Shown: positions 41,766-52,691, counted from the stretch's first letter. The stretch: 64,000 nucleotides of DNA from Terriglobia bacterium (GCA_963666975.2 CAXVYR010000003.1:800001-864000), one strand, 5' to 3'. The notes: generated by a model from the letters alone, not told the origin. Program-made: numbers and translations.

Positions 41766-43100
41766 ATGAGCTTTCGCTTCACGCTGTTTCTCGGCTTTCT
41801 ATTGCTCAACTTGATGGCCTACCTCTCCCTGCGCCGCTCGGTATCGGTGTGGGTGAGTCCGGGCCGCCGCCGGAGAGTGCTTGACTTGGTAAGCCTGGCC
41901 GTTTGCCTGCTGAACATTCCCTTGCTCGTGTTTTTCATTCGCCAGGCGAGCGGCACCCTGCACTTGGTCTCCCCTGCGGTGCTCCAGATTGTCTTCTACC
42001 CCGCCATGGCGTGGCTGACTACCATCATCATTTTCTTTTTCATTGCCGGACCCTCCATGCTGATTTGGTCCATAGGAAAGGCCCTGGTTGGCTTGGTCCG
42101 CAAGGGAAAGCATGTGCTCTCCGGACCGCCGCCGCCCACCCTGACCTCCCGTGCGCCCGCCGTATCGCGGCGCAGCTTTATCGCCGGAAGCACCGGCCTG
42201 ATGATCCCCGCAATCTACGGCATGGCGGCATACGGAGCTTACGGCAGTATGGGCGAGATCGATATCTCCGAGGAGATCGCCATCCCCCTGCCCCATTTGC
42301 CAAGATCGTTGGATGGATTGACGATTGTTCAGCTTTCCGATCTTCACGTGGGTCCTTACATTCGCGAGAAGGAGTTGCAGCACGTCGTCAGTCTCACCAA
42401 CGATCTGCGCCCCGACGTGGTGGTCATCACCGGGGACATACTCGACCGGAGCCTTTCCAGCCTGCCGGATGCGGTGCGCGGGTTGACGGGAATCAAGGCT
42501 CCGCTGGGCGTGTTCACCGTCCTGGGAAACCACGATATTTCCTCCGACCGGTTTAGCTACTCAGAAAATTTTCGCGGCGGGGTCAACATTGACAACGGAC
42601 TCCAGTCCATCGGCATCCGGACCTTGCGGAACCAGGTGATTCGCATAGGCTCCGGCCAGGACCAACTGGCGCTGCTCGGCCTCGACTGGCTTTCGACGCC
42701 CGGTTCCAGAAGTTTCTACAGCTATCAGCGCAGCGAATCCCAGCGGCAACTGGCCCGCATGACGGAAGAGGCCGGCCCGGAAACGCCTACCGTTTTGCTG
42801 GCTCATCACCCCCACACTTTTATGGACGCAGCGCCGCTCGGCATCGGCCTGACGCTCTCCGGGCATACGCATGGCGGCGGACAGATCATCTTGGCCACCG
42901 TGGACGGCGTCCCCATCGGCATCGCCACCCTCCGCTTCAAATACTTGAGCGGCCTGTATAAGGAAAACGGCTGCTCACTCTATGTCAATCGCGGCATTGG
43001 GTATCTCGGCATTCCTATTCGGATCAACTGCCCGCCGGAGATCAGCCGGTTCAAAGTGATCTCTGCCGCTTCGGCTGAGAGCGAACCGCTGCCTTCCTAG
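41766..43100 (+). CDS. Membrane-bound metallophosphoesterase (YkuE/YaeI-like)
   Basis: N-terminal TM helices; SDLH, TGD, GNHD, LAHHP and GHTHGG motifs. Confidence 0.92.
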   Translation: MSFRFTLFLGFLLLNLMAYLSLRRSVSVWVSPGRRRRVLDLVSLAVCLLNIPLLVFFIRQASGTLHLVSPAVLQIVFYPAMAWLTTIIIFFFIAGPSMLIWSIGKALVGLVRKGKHVLSGPPPPTLTSRAPAVSRRSFIAGSTGLMIPAIYGMAAYGAYGSMGEIDISEEIAIPLPHLPRSLDGLTIVQLSDLHVGPYIREKELQHVVSLTNDLRPDVVVITGDILDRSLSSLPDAVRGLTGIKAPLGVFTVLGNHDISSDRFSYSENFRGGVNIDNGLQSIGIRTLRNQVIRIGSGQDQLALLGLDWLSTPGSRSFYSYQRSESQRQLARMTEEAGPETPTVLLAHHPHTFMDAAPLGIGLTLSGHTHGGGQIILATVDGVPIGIATLRFKYLSGLYKENGCSLYVNRGIGYLGIPIRINCPPEISRFKVISAASAESEPLPS

Positions 43101-43754
43101 GAAGAAGTCTTTGGCCGGTAGTCACGGCGATCTACGCAGGTGTCGTAGGTAGTCCGGTCAATTCTAATCCAGTCAGTTTTTTCGATACCACGGCGATTGC
43201 GCATCGTCGGGCTGGATGGAAACGCGGAGGCCACCTTAATCCATCTGCCTTGCTCCCGAGCGATTGCACGGATTTCTTCCGCCACTTCCGACAGGTCCTG
43301 GTCCTGGCTGAAAATAAGCGCCACATCATACTCATTCTGGTGGGCCATGCGGATGCTGTCCAGGGCGATACGGACGTCGATTCCTTTTTCCTCGCCGGTT
43401 AAAAAGGTGTGTGTGCGCCGGTTAAAAAGGTGTGTGTACCGTCCGGCAACTTGATGACTCTGTTCTGGTAACGCAAGGAGCGCGAGAATACCTGGACCCC
43501 TGACGGCCCATAACTGCCAGTTTTGAGGACCAGAAAGAGTGCCAAAAAGGATCGTCTGCCGGATCAGGAATGCCCGTGTAGAACCACATCTGGCTCACAT
43601 TCCATCCGGCAGCTCCAGCGACAGCCCGAGACAGAGCGGCTACATCGTAGTTTGGGTAGGTATAGTCGAAAGATTCCCTGACGGAGTGGAACAGATTCTG
43701 TCCATCTACGAAGATGACGGCGCTCTTGACGGTTGGTTCAGGGGACAACTCCAT
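43097..43754 (-). pseudogene. NYN (LabA/DUF88 PIN-like) domain protein, frameshifted
   Basis: FVDGQNL, EKGIDV.IALD and SQDQDL motifs; 1-bp loss in a G run near 43498 and a 23-bp tandem duplication at ~43393-43437. Confidence 0.85.
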
Positions 43755-43778
43755 CCCCCCCCCCCCTCAAATAAATAA

Positions 43779-43855
43779 CCCCGCCCGAGGCCTTACGGCA
43801 TGTCGAGCGGGGAGCAAGTGCACTTCCATGTTAGCAAGCCCCGGTTCCTTGTCAA
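43779..43855 (-). promoter_or_regulatory. Promoter and structured 5' leader of the NYN gene
   Basis: TTGACA-N16-TAACAT, then stem CCCCGCTCGA/TCGGGCGGGG capped by GCC-GTAA-GGC. Confidence 0.6.
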
Positions 43856-43874
43856 GCCTCATCTTGGACAGGTT

Positions 43875-44646
43875 TTACAACCGGTTAATCATGCTGGCGA
43901 TGCAGGCGGCTCCGAAGCCGTTGTCGATGTTGACCACGCCTCATCTTGGCCACGTTGCTGGCGCAGCTATTCAACATTCCGAGCAGCGCCGCCAAGCCGT
44001 GGAAACTCGATCCGTAGCCGATGCTGGTGGGAACGGCGATGACCGGAACGGCTACGAGACCCGCCACCACGCTGGGCAACGCCCCCTCCATCCCCGCCAC
44101 GCAGACAATTACCCGCGCCGATGCCAGCTCGCTCCGGCTGTTCATCAAGCGATGGATCCCGGCTACGCCTACGTCATAGAGATGCCCCACAGGGTTCCCC
44201 ATCACCTCGGCTGTGACCAGCGCTTCTTCGGCTACGGGGATGTCGGAGGAACCGGCGGAGACGACCAGGATTTTTCCCTTGCCATACTGGGTGCGGTCGC
44301 GGCAGATGGCGATGGTACCCGAAAGAGGATGGAAGATGGCTGCCCTGGCGACCCGCTTCACCCTGGCCGCCACGGCGCGGTCGGCCCGGGTGATGAGGAC
44401 GTTTTTCGTGCTCTTCAGCATCTGCCGGACGATCTGCTCGACCTGCTGCGGCGTTTTCCCGGCGGCATACACCGTCTCCGGCATTCCCTGCCGCAGTTGC
44501 CGGTGGTGATCGATCTTGGCGAAGCCCAGGTCTTCAAACGGCAGATGCTTCAGCCGCTCGACGGCATCCTCCGGCTTCATCTTTCCTTTTTGGACAGCCT
44601 CAAACAGTCGTTGGATTTGCTGCTGGTTCAATACTGTTTCCGCCAC
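43875..44646 (-). pseudogene. larB: Nickel pincer cofactor biosynthesis protein LarB, C-terminally frameshifted
   Basis: DLGFAKIDHHR..R.G.PE, AG.SD.PVAEEA, DVGVAGIHR and VAGMEGAL motifs; the conserved tail VVNIDNGFGAA is out of frame after a 10-nt insertion. Confidence 0.85.
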
Positions 44647-44815
44647 TTATCGCTTTTTAGTGTTTTCCTGTTAGTGCTTGCCTGTTTTCGTCGCTTGCCT
44701 TCGTCCGTACTGCGTCCGTACTGCGGAGAATCAGTTTAACAACCCTCTCGGATGAGACCAAGCGATTTGCGAGGCTGACGTATAATGGATTGATTTTTTC
44801 TGGTGCTTCAAGCCA

Positions 44816-45736
44816 ATGGCTGATTCTTTGTCAAAAGAAACAAACGGCTCTCCCTTCTCCCTCTTGCGGAGCCTCCGCACCACTTTGGAGATGATCCGAA
44901 TCGAGCACTCCCTCTTTGCCCTGCCGTTCGCCTTGATGGGAGCATTGCTCGCCGCCCGCGGCCTGCCCCATGGTCTGCCAACGACACAGCAGCTCCTGTG
45001 GATTGTGGTAGCAATGGTCGGGGCGCGCTCCGCCGCCATGAGCTTCAACCGCCTGATCGACCGGCATCTCGACGCACGGAACCCTCGCACCGCCGGATGG
45101 GCACTGCCCGCCGGCGCGCTCAGCGTTCGCTTTGTCGTTTATTTTGCGCTCCTTTCTTCGGCGCTGCTCGTGATCGCGGCCCACCAGTTGAACCCCCTGG
45201 CGTTCCGGCTTTCTCCCGTCGCGCTGGCTATCCTGTTTGTCTATTCCTATACGAAACGGTTCACTGTTTTGTCCCACCTCGTGCTTGGCTTCTGCCTGGG
45301 GATGGCGCCCGCAGCCGCATGGATCGCCATCCGGGGAACTCTGGAGCCGAGCATCCTGCTGCTGACGGCCGCTGTGACGCTGTGGACTGCCGGGTTCGAC
45401 ATTCTGTACTCCTGCCAGGACGCGAGGTTTGACGCGCAAGCCGGACTGCACAGCGTACCCCAGCGATGGGGCATCGCACGCGCCTTGCAGATCTCCTCGG
45501 CCCTGCATTTTCTGATGGCGATCCTGCTGATCTGGCTGGCGCGGCTCGAACATCTGGGCTGGATGAGCTTGGCCGGGGTTGCAGTCACCGCGCTGCTGCT
45601 GATCTATGAACACCGCTTGGTCAAGCCTGCCGACCTTTCCCGCCTCAACGCAGCTTTCTTTACGGCCAATGGGTGGATCGGAATTCTTCTCCTGCTCTTT
45701 TGGGGATTTGATATAGTCGTCCAAGGGCAGCGTTAA
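44816..45736 (+). CDS. UbiA-like prenyltransferase (MqnP-like)
   Basis: IEHSLFALPF, ARSAAM.FNRLID..LDARNPRT, YSYTKRF and GFDILY.CQD motifs. Confidence 0.9.
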   Translation: MADSLSKETNGSPFSLLRSLRTTLEMIRIEHSLFALPFALMGALLAARGLPHGLPTTQQLLWIVVAMVGARSAAMSFNRLIDRHLDARNPRTAGWALPAGALSVRFVVYFALLSSALLVIAAHQLNPLAFRLSPVALAILFVYSYTKRFTVLSHLVLGFCLGMAPAAAWIAIRGTLEPSILLLTAAVTLWTAGFDILYSCQDARFDAQAGLHSVPQRWGIARALQISSALHFLMAILLIWLARLEHLGWMSLAGVAVTALLLIYEHRLVKPADLSRLNAAFFTANGWIGILLLLFWGFDIVVQGQR

Positions 45737-45763
45737 AAGAACCCGCCACAAAACCGCAGAGCT

Positions 45764-47098
45764 TCAGGGCTGCGCCTTCGCGCGATATTTGCCGGCGATA
45801 GCTCCTCCGATGAGCAGGGCGTAAAAAGGGATGTACTCCAGCAGCCGGAAGAAAGTCTCCTCTTCCCACAATCCGAGCGTGCGATAGGGAATCAAAACGT
45901 GGTAGAAAAGAAATGTCGTAACGGTAAGCAGCAGCCAGGCCGGGTTCGGATAAATCGCCAGCAGCGGCACAATCCATGTTACATACCAGGGGAAACAGTT
46001 CGGCGAAACAAGCAGAACCGTCCCCAGAATCAAGAAGGAGGCCCGCTCCGGCCTTAGCTTTCGCATGACTGCATAAAGGATGACCGCCGCAACAATCGAA
46101 AGATATATCCGCCAGCCCACGGTTGCCGACCCCGTGAACTCCCAAATCAAGGCGTAAAGACTATCGTTGTTTCGCCAGTTTTCCGTGTAGCCCGCAAGGT
46201 CATCGCCCAGGTGCCGCCACGCCCCGGCGTAGGGAGCGAATGCAACGGCAGCGACGAGCACCGGCACCCAAAGAAATTTCCAGGAAGTCCGAAAGAGGAA
46301 CACCGGTAGCAAGAAGGCAGCATAGAGCTTGGATAGCGCCGAGGCAGCCACGCCCGCCATCGACAGCTTCCCCTGCCCTTTCTGATACCACAGCAGCGCC
46401 AGAACAAAGGCAAAGACCGGGAGCGAGTCATTGTGGCCGCTCGCGCCGAAGACGACCACCGTCAATGGACTCCACGCATAAACGACCGCCCGCAGGGGCG
46501 AAACTCCCAGCGCAGGCAACAAACGAAACAGCAGAAGCACCACACCCAGGTCGAAGAAAAGATAGGGCAGCTTCAGGAGAATCACCCAATCGGTGAGAAG
46601 AAACGACAGCCAATAGAGTTCTTCGAGCAACGGGCCATAGACGGTCGCAAAGTCCCGTCCAGGGATGGCCGTGTAAGTCTCATCGCGCAAAAAAGCGAGG
46701 TCCGGATCGGAAGGGCGGGCCAGGTAAGGATTGTAGCCGGCCTGCTGCACCTTCCCCTCCCAGCGGTAACGGTACAGGTCATCGGAAAGCGAGGGATACA
46801 GGGGAAGCAGGGTGAGGCGAAATGCCGCTGCGGCCACGAAAACAAATACCAGCAGCGAGCGCTGCGGCGAGATTTTCTCCGAAAGATAGATCGAAACCAA
46901 GTACAATATTCCCACTAGGAGAATCAGCAGAATGAACGTCTCAACCTGCTCTTTCAGGTTGTTGAGACGAAGGATGAAAAGGTAGAAAAGCTCCATCGCT
47001 CCGGCCAGCGCCGCAAGCATCCAGATGAGCCGCCGGGAAGCGGGTTTGCCGTCCGCTGGTGTTGAGTTGTTGTGAATCATCTGACCGTTGTGAGGCAT
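45764..47098 (-). CDS. Polytopic GT-C glycosyltransferase (GT87/DUF2029-like)
   Basis: SDDLYRY.WEG...GYNPY, YAWSPL and SGHND motifs; many TM helices; start uncertain. Confidence 0.8.
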   Translation of the reverse strand: MPHNGQMIHNNSTPADGKPASRRLIWMLAALAGAMELFYLFILRLNNLKEQVETFILLILLVGILYLVSIYLSEKISPQRSLLVFVFVAAAAFRLTLLPLYPSLSDDLYRYRWEGKVQQAGYNPYLARPSDPDLAFLRDETYTAIPGRDFATVYGPLLEELYWLSFLLTDWVILLKLPYLFFDLGVVLLLFRLLPALGVSPLRAVVYAWSPLTVVVFGASGHNDSLPVFAFVLALLWYQKGQGKLSMAGVAASALSKLYAAFLLPVFLFRTSWKFLWVPVLVAAVAFAPYAGAWRHLGDDLAGYTENWRNNDSLYALIWEFTGSATVGWRIYLSIVAAVILYAVMRKLRPERASFLILGTVLLVSPNCFPWYVTWIVPLLAIYPNPAWLLLTVTTFLFYHVLIPYRTLGLWEEETFFRLLEYIPFYALLIGGAIAGKYRAKAQP

Positions 47099-47120
47099 CT
47101 AATAGTTTGGTCTGATTCCT

Positions 47121-48752
47121 ATGACGTATCCCGCAACGATTTTAGCAGCAGAAAACCCCCTGCTCCTCTACTTTGAGCGTCTCTTCATTGCGGACCCTTT
47201 CAGCGGGATGTACCAAGTCAATGCCTTCGATCTGCTTTTATTGATCCCTTACTTCCTGGTGCTGGCCATCTTGTCCGTCTACGGACTCCACCGTTACTAT
47301 CTGGTGTACACCTATTATCGCTACCGCCGCAACCTGCCCAAACGCGAGCCGGGCCAGATGAATCCCCTTCCCCGCGTCACCGTTCAATTGCCCGTCTACA
47401 ATGAACGCTACGTGGTGGAACGGCTGATTGATGCAGTCTGCCGCTTGGAATATCCCTCCGAGCTGCTGGAGATTCAGGTCCTGGACGATTCCACCGATGA
47501 CACCTCCACCGCAGCCCGCCACTGCGTGGAACGTCATGCCGCCCTCGGCTTTCCCATTGGCTACTTTCACCGGAACAACCGGCAGGGATTCAAAGCAGGC
47601 GCTCTGGCTGCGGGGTTGCAAATTGCCCGGGGCGAGTTCGTGGCCATCTTCGACGCCGACTTCCTGCCGCCGCCGAACTTCCTGCAAACCACGCTTCCTT
47701 GCTTTCGCGACCGCACGGTCGGCATGGTACAAACTCGCTGGAGCTATATCAACCGCAATTATTCCCTGCTGACCCGCGTGCAGTCCATCCTGCTCGACGG
47801 CCATTTTATCCTGGAGCACGGCGCGCGATCCCGTTCCGGCTGTTTCTTCAACTTCAACGGAACGGCCGGCATCTGGCGCCGACAAGCCATTGAAGAGGCC
47901 GGCGGCTGGCAGCACGACACGCTGACCGAGGATACAGACCTCAGCTACCGCGCCCAGTTGCGCGGATGGAAGTTTCTTTACTTGCAGGAGGTCGAGTGTC
48001 CGAGCGAATTGCCGGTGGAGATGAACGCCTTCAAGTCCCAGCAGGCCCGCTGGGCGAAAGGGTTGATTCAGACAGCGCGCAAATTGCTTCCCACGCTGTG
48101 GCGCAGCCCGCTCCCCTGGCACGTCAAGATGGAGGCTTTTTTTCATCTGACCGCCAACATCTGCTACCCCTTGATGGCGGTCCTGGCCGCGCTGTTGTTG
48201 CCTGCCATGATCGTGCGATTTTACCAGGGCTGGTTTCAGATGCTCTATATCGACCTGCCGCTTTTGCTGGCCGCCACTTGCTCAATTTCCGCCTTCTATC
48301 TGGTCTCGCAGCGCGAACTGTTTCCCGGAGAATGGAAGCAAACCATCAAGTTCCTTCCGCTCCTGATGGCCACCGGCATCGGGCTGACCCTCAGCAACTC
48401 ACGGGCGGTGATGGAAGCCCTGTTCGGCGTCCCTTCCCCATTTGTCCGAACGGCGAAGTACCGCATTGAATCGAGCTCCGACCGCATCGCGAACAAAAAA
48501 TACCGGCACCGCGCCAACTGGATTGCTCTGCTTGAAATGCTGGCTGGCTGTTATTTCGTCTTTACGGTTTACTACGCGGTCGAAAACGAAAACTATGCGA
48601 CGGTCCCCTTCCTTTGCCTGTTTGCGTGTGGATATTTGGGAATGGGATTGCTCTCCGCCTTTCAGGGAAAAGGGGAGAAACTGCTGGGCGTGCTGTACAG
48701 CCGCCTGGCGCTGTTGCTGCGGCCCATCGCAAAGGGTTTGCAGGAATCTTGA
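47121..48752 (+). CDS. GT2 glycosyltransferase, cellulose-synthase-like
   Basis: QLPVYNE, DDSTD, FKAGAL, FDADF, TED and QQARW motifs. Confidence 0.93.
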   Translation: MTYPATILAAENPLLLYFERLFIADPFSGMYQVNAFDLLLLIPYFLVLAILSVYGLHRYYLVYTYYRYRRNLPKREPGQMNPLPRVTVQLPVYNERYVVERLIDAVCRLEYPSELLEIQVLDDSTDDTSTAARHCVERHAALGFPIGYFHRNNRQGFKAGALAAGLQIARGEFVAIFDADFLPPPNFLQTTLPCFRDRTVGMVQTRWSYINRNYSLLTRVQSILLDGHFILEHGARSRSGCFFNFNGTAGIWRRQAIEEAGGWQHDTLTEDTDLSYRAQLRGWKFLYLQEVECPSELPVEMNAFKSQQARWAKGLIQTARKLLPTLWRSPLPWHVKMEAFFHLTANICYPLMAVLAALLLPAMIVRFYQGWFQMLYIDLPLLLAATCSISAFYLVSQRELFPGEWKQTIKFLPLLMATGIGLTLSNSRAVMEALFGVPSPFVRTAKYRIESSSDRIANKKYRHRANWIALLEMLAGCYFVFTVYYAVENENYATVPFLCLFACGYLGMGLLSAFQGKGEKLLGVLYSRLALLLRPIAKGLQES

Positions 48753-48823
48753 GGCGGATAGCATCTGTCTCACAATCGGGCGGCGGTTTGCAAAGAGCAA
48801 TCACTCCAAGAACGATCAATCCA

Positions 48824-50209
48824 GTGCAACGATTTGTCGACTTTCCGGCTGCCTGCCTTCTAGCGATCCATTTTCTGTCTGCATTTCTGGCTTGCATGGC
48901 GGCAGCGGGGCAAGCTGGGGCGCAAGAGCGCGAGCCCCTGGCGATGTACCGGGAACGCCGTGCGGCTCTCCGGGAAAAGCTCAAAGACGGGATCATTGTT
49001 CTCTTCGGGAACCAAGAGGGACCGGGGTCAGAAGCATTCCACGTTTTTCGCCAGGAAAATAATTTCTACTACCTGACCGGCCTCAACGAGCCGGGCGCCG
49101 CGCTTCTGCTGGCTCCGCCGCTCCAGGACCGGCGTTCTCCTTACTGGAAACAATTCTCGAAACTCCCCCGCGAAATTCTTTTCCTGCCCCAGCCCAACCC
49201 GCAGCAGGAAAAATGGACCGGCCCCAAACCGGACCTCTACGACGATTCCATTCATGCTCAAGTCGGGTTCGCAGCCGTCCAGGGAATGGAAACGCTCGGG
49301 AGCGAGGTCCGCCGGCTTGCTCCGGGCTACCGTGCAGTCTATACCCTGCTGCCTTCGGCGCACGCATCCGAGATGGAGACGGCCTTGTACAAAGGACGCC
49401 TGGAAAAGCTGGAAGCAATCTTACCCCTCGCCAGAATCCGCGACGCCCGCAGAGCCCTGGCCAGCCTGCGCCAGATAAAGTCAGAGAGCGAACTGGGACT
49501 GATCCGCCGCGCCGTAGACTGTTCCATCGATGCGCACTTGGTGGCGGCGCGCGACTTGCGGGAGGGTCTGTTTGAATATGAAATTGCGGCCTTGATGAAA
49601 TACACCTTTGAGCGCGCTGGCTGCGAGCGGCCCTCATTCGCTCCCATGGTTGGCTCCGGAGAGCGCTCCACCATCCTGCACTACAACCGCAACCGGGGAC
49701 AGCTCGAAACCGGAGACTTGGTGGTCATTGATGTGGGCGGAGAATACGGGCACTACGCAGCCGACATCACGCGGACCTTGCCTGTCAGCGGCCGCTTCAC
49801 GCCCCGGCAACGGGAAATCTACGAGATTGTTCTCGGAGCTCAACAGGCCGCCATGGAAGCCGTCAAGCCCGGCGTCAATCTCACCGGACGTGATCCCGGC
49901 AGCCTCTACCAAACCGCCTACGAGTACATCAATACCCACGGCAAGGACCGGCACGGCAAGCCCCTCGGGAAATATTTCACCCACGGGGTGGGGCACCACG
50001 TCGGCCTGGACGTGCACGACGCAGCGGTCCCCAGGACGACGCTCGAAGCCGGGATGGTGATCGCCATTGAGCCCGGCATCTATCTGCCGGAGGAAAACCT
50101 CGGGGTCCGCATAGAGGATATGGTGCTGGTGACATCAGACGGGTATCTGCTCCTCACGGAACGATTGCCCCGCACAGTAAAGCAGATTGAAAGCTTGCTG
50201 CAAAAGTGA
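48824..50209 (+). CDS. Xaa-Pro aminopeptidase (M24B)
   Basis: FRQENNFYYLTG, LHY, DVG, ADITRT, HGVGH.VGLDVHD, EPGIY and RIED motifs; start uncertain. Confidence 0.92.
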   Translation: MQRFVDFPAACLLAIHFLSAFLACMAAAGQAGAQEREPLAMYRERRAALREKLKDGIIVLFGNQEGPGSEAFHVFRQENNFYYLTGLNEPGAALLLAPPLQDRRSPYWKQFSKLPREILFLPQPNPQQEKWTGPKPDLYDDSIHAQVGFAAVQGMETLGSEVRRLAPGYRAVYTLLPSAHASEMETALYKGRLEKLEAILPLARIRDARRALASLRQIKSESELGLIRRAVDCSIDAHLVAARDLREGLFEYEIAALMKYTFERAGCERPSFAPMVGSGERSTILHYNRNRGQLETGDLVVIDVGGEYGHYAADITRTLPVSGRFTPRQREIYEIVLGAQQAAMEAVKPGVNLTGRDPGSLYQTAYEYINTHGKDRHGKPLGKYFTHGVGHHVGLDVHDAAVPRTTLEAGMVIAIEPGIYLPEENLGVRIEDMVLVTSDGYLLLTERLPRTVKQIESLLQK

Positions 50210-50255
50210 GCACTACAAAAACCTCGCCGCAATCGTTCCTAGTCATCGCACCAGA

Positions 50256-50284
50256 TTGACGGGGTTTCCCTCCTTCCCTATAAT
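50256..50284 (+). promoter_or_regulatory. Near-consensus sigma70 promoter upstream of efp
   Basis: TTGACG-N17-TATAAT. Confidence 0.7.
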
Positions 50285-50408
50285 AAAAGCACCGCAGCCT
50301 TCTCATTTGCTCTGGAGCAACCGGGATCAGCCCGACGAAAGTAAAGCGTTTGCGACATTGGGATCGGGAGCTTTCGCGGAAATAAAACTTAAAGGAATTC
50401 CCTGAGAA

Positions 50409-50969
50409 ATGATACCAGCGACCCAGTTGCGGCCAGGCAACGTCATCAAGCATGAAGGAGAGCTGTGTTCCGTTTTTGGAGTCTCTCACCGGACGCCCGG
50501 AAATAAACGCGGCTTTGTGCAAGCCAAGCTCCGCAACCTGCGCTCCGGCTCCATGATGGAGCACCGCTTCCGGTCCGAGGATACTGTCGAGTTGGCCATC
50601 ATCGATAAGCAGGATATGGAGTACCTCTACAACGACGGCGATGATTTCCATTTTATGAACACCGAGACCTTCGAGCAGATCCAACTGTCGCGGTCGGTCC
50701 TGGGCGAGGGCGCGAACTACCTGACGCCTAACGTGCAGATCAAGGTGGAGTTTTTTGAAGGGAATCCCGTCGGCATTGAGTTGCCCACTACGGTGGACAT
50801 GACGGTAGTGGAAACCGAACCCGGATTGAAAAGCGCCACCGCCAGCAGCGTCACCAAACCCGCCAAGCTCGAAACGGGTTTCGTGGTGCAGGTTCCTCCC
50901 TTTATCAGCACGGGGGAAAAGATTCGCGTGGATACCGCAGAAGGCAAATACTTGGAAAGAGCAAAGTAA
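50409..50969 (+). CDS. efp: Elongation factor P
   Basis: TPGNKRG loop; FMN.ETFEQ and KPAKLETG...QVP.FI motifs. Confidence 0.97.
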   Translation: MIPATQLRPGNVIKHEGELCSVFGVSHRTPGNKRGFVQAKLRNLRSGSMMEHRFRSEDTVELAIIDKQDMEYLYNDGDDFHFMNTETFEQIQLSRSVLGEGANYLTPNVQIKVEFFEGNPVGIELPTTVDMTVVETEPGLKSATASSVTKPAKLETGFVVQVPPFISTGEKIRVDTAEGKYLERAK

Positions 50970-51051
50970 AAACAGGTCCGCCCGGCCCGATCGAATGGTC
51001 CGGGAGAAATGACCGCTCCCCTGAATGGGCAGAACTGGGTGACCTGTGAAT

Positions 51052-51206
51052 TATTGCTTCCCTTCTCCGGGCTGGCTCCGAGCTTTGCGGGATTGTATCA
51101 GGTCAACGCCGTGGTCCCGGCGGGCGTGACACCCGGCAACGACGTGCCGGTGGTCCTCAGCGTCTCCGGGCAGGACAACCCCCCCCGGTGACTATGCCGT
51201 GCAGTC
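51052..51206 (+). pseudogene. Remnant of a TIGR03437-like C-terminal domain
   Basis: FSGLAPSFAGLYQVNAVVP.GV.PG..VPVVLSV with no upstream gene body. Confidence 0.65.
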
Positions 51207-51334
51207 AGGGGGCAGCGCAGTAAGAAGGCCGTGCAGTGATCTGATTGAGGAGCAATCCGGCAGAGACGCGCCAGCAGGGGACGGTTAGCATCAGGATGGC
51301 CACGATTTCCGGAAGAGGCATCCCGCGCCTTAGG

Positions 51335-52579
51335 TCAGGCAGCTTCCGGCTGGCTCTCCAAGGCATTCAGCAATTCAATGGCGCGCTGGAAGGGAGCATC
51401 TTCACGGGGTTGTTGCGGCGCGGGCGGCTCTTCCCCTTCGGCAGATCCTTCATCCACCCCTTCATCCGCCCCTTCACCAGATAAAGAAACAAACTCCCGC
51501 TCTTCCGCAACCAGCACATTGGGCGTAATGCCGTTGCCCTGGATTTCCTTGCCGGACGGGGTAAAGTACTTGGCAATGGAGAGGATCAGCGCCGAGCCGT
51601 CGTCCATCGGGATCAGTTTCTGAATCGCGCCAATCCCGTAAGTTTTCTCTCCCACCACATCGCCCCTGCGGTTATCCATAATGGCTGCGGCCAGGACCTC
51701 CGCGCCGCCGCCGGAAAATTGATTGACCAGCACAACCAGCGGTTCCTCTGAAAAGGCTTTATTGGGATCGGCAATGAAGCTCCGGCGGGGATATTGCTGC
51801 CCGCTGAGGTAGCTGATGAGCCCGCGCTTCAAAAATAGGTTCGCCGCAGCAATTGCTTCTTCGATCTCCCCCGAGGCGTTGTCGCGCAGGTCCAGCACGA
51901 ATTTCTCGGCTCCGCTTTCCCGCAACTCCTGAATCAGGGTTGCGATTTGCCCTGACGCGCCCTCCGGGAAAGCTTCCACGCGCAGGTAGCCGATTCCAGG
52001 ACTCACGATGCGGCCCACCACGTCCGGGAGAAGCGTTACCGCCCGCTCCAGTTGGAACAGTTTTGGATCCGCAGCGCGTTCCCGGACGACGGCGATCTCC
52101 ACCAGGGAACCTCCCGGCCCTGCCAGAATGGAGTTTACTTCCGCCAAAGACATCTCGCGGGTGCTTTGCCGGTTGACGGATTCAATCATGTCGCCCGGCC
52201 GCAGGCCGGCCTTTTGCACGGGGCTATTGGGCAGCACGGCCACAATGCTTACGAAGCCGAAGCGTTTGGAAAGCATGGCTCCAATCGAGGCCTCGCCCTG
52301 CTCCCTGCCTTGATACTCGCGATATTCCTCCGGGGTCAGGTAGCTGCTGTAAGGGTCCAGCGACTCGAGCAGCCCGTGCAGCGCTCCCTCGGTCACTCTT
52401 GTTAAATTGGCGTCTTCCACGTAATCACTTTCAATCCGGGAAAGAACCTCGCTTAAGACGGCAAGGGGGCGATACGGTTCCTGGGAACTTCTTTCCTGCC
52501 CCAGCAAAGCGCCGATGACCAGCGACAGGGTCAGCACTGTAGAAAATAAAACGACTGTGATTTTTCCGGGAAGTTTCAT
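51335..52579 (-). CDS. S41 (CtpA-like) PDZ peptidase homolog, catalytic residues apparently lost
   Basis: LDPYSSY, PDZ domain, IGYLR and VLDLRDN motifs; SGGGAE and TYGIG replace SASASE and TFGKG. Confidence 0.85.
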   Translation of the reverse strand: MKLPGKITVVLFSTVLTLSLVIGALLGQERSSQEPYRPLAVLSEVLSRIESDYVEDANLTRVTEGALHGLLESLDPYSSYLTPEEYREYQGREQGEASIGAMLSKRFGFVSIVAVLPNSPVQKAGLRPGDMIESVNRQSTREMSLAEVNSILAGPGGSLVEIAVVRERAADPKLFQLERAVTLLPDVVGRIVSPGIGYLRVEAFPEGASGQIATLIQELRESGAEKFVLDLRDNASGEIEEAIAAANLFLKRGLISYLSGQQYPRRSFIADPNKAFSEEPLVVLVNQFSGGGAEVLAAAIMDNRRGDVVGEKTYGIGAIQKLIPMDDGSALILSIAKYFTPSGKEIQGNGITPNVLVAEEREFVSLSGEGADEGVDEGSAEGEEPPAPQQPREDAPFQRAIELLNALESQPEAA

Positions 52580-52691
52580 GGATCAATGCACCCCGCGTCT
52601 GCCATACAAAAACTAGGCTCATTATATCACGGCTGCTTTCCGGATTCGGGTTGAGCTTGTGCCCCTTCCCCGCAACGAGTTTGCCTGACCG

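Noticed and set aside
43714-44739. 341-aa ORF on the + strand
   Set aside because: Antisense shadow of larB
50290-50408. Riboswitch or ribozyme in the efp leader
   Set aside because: No convincing stems or known consensus visible
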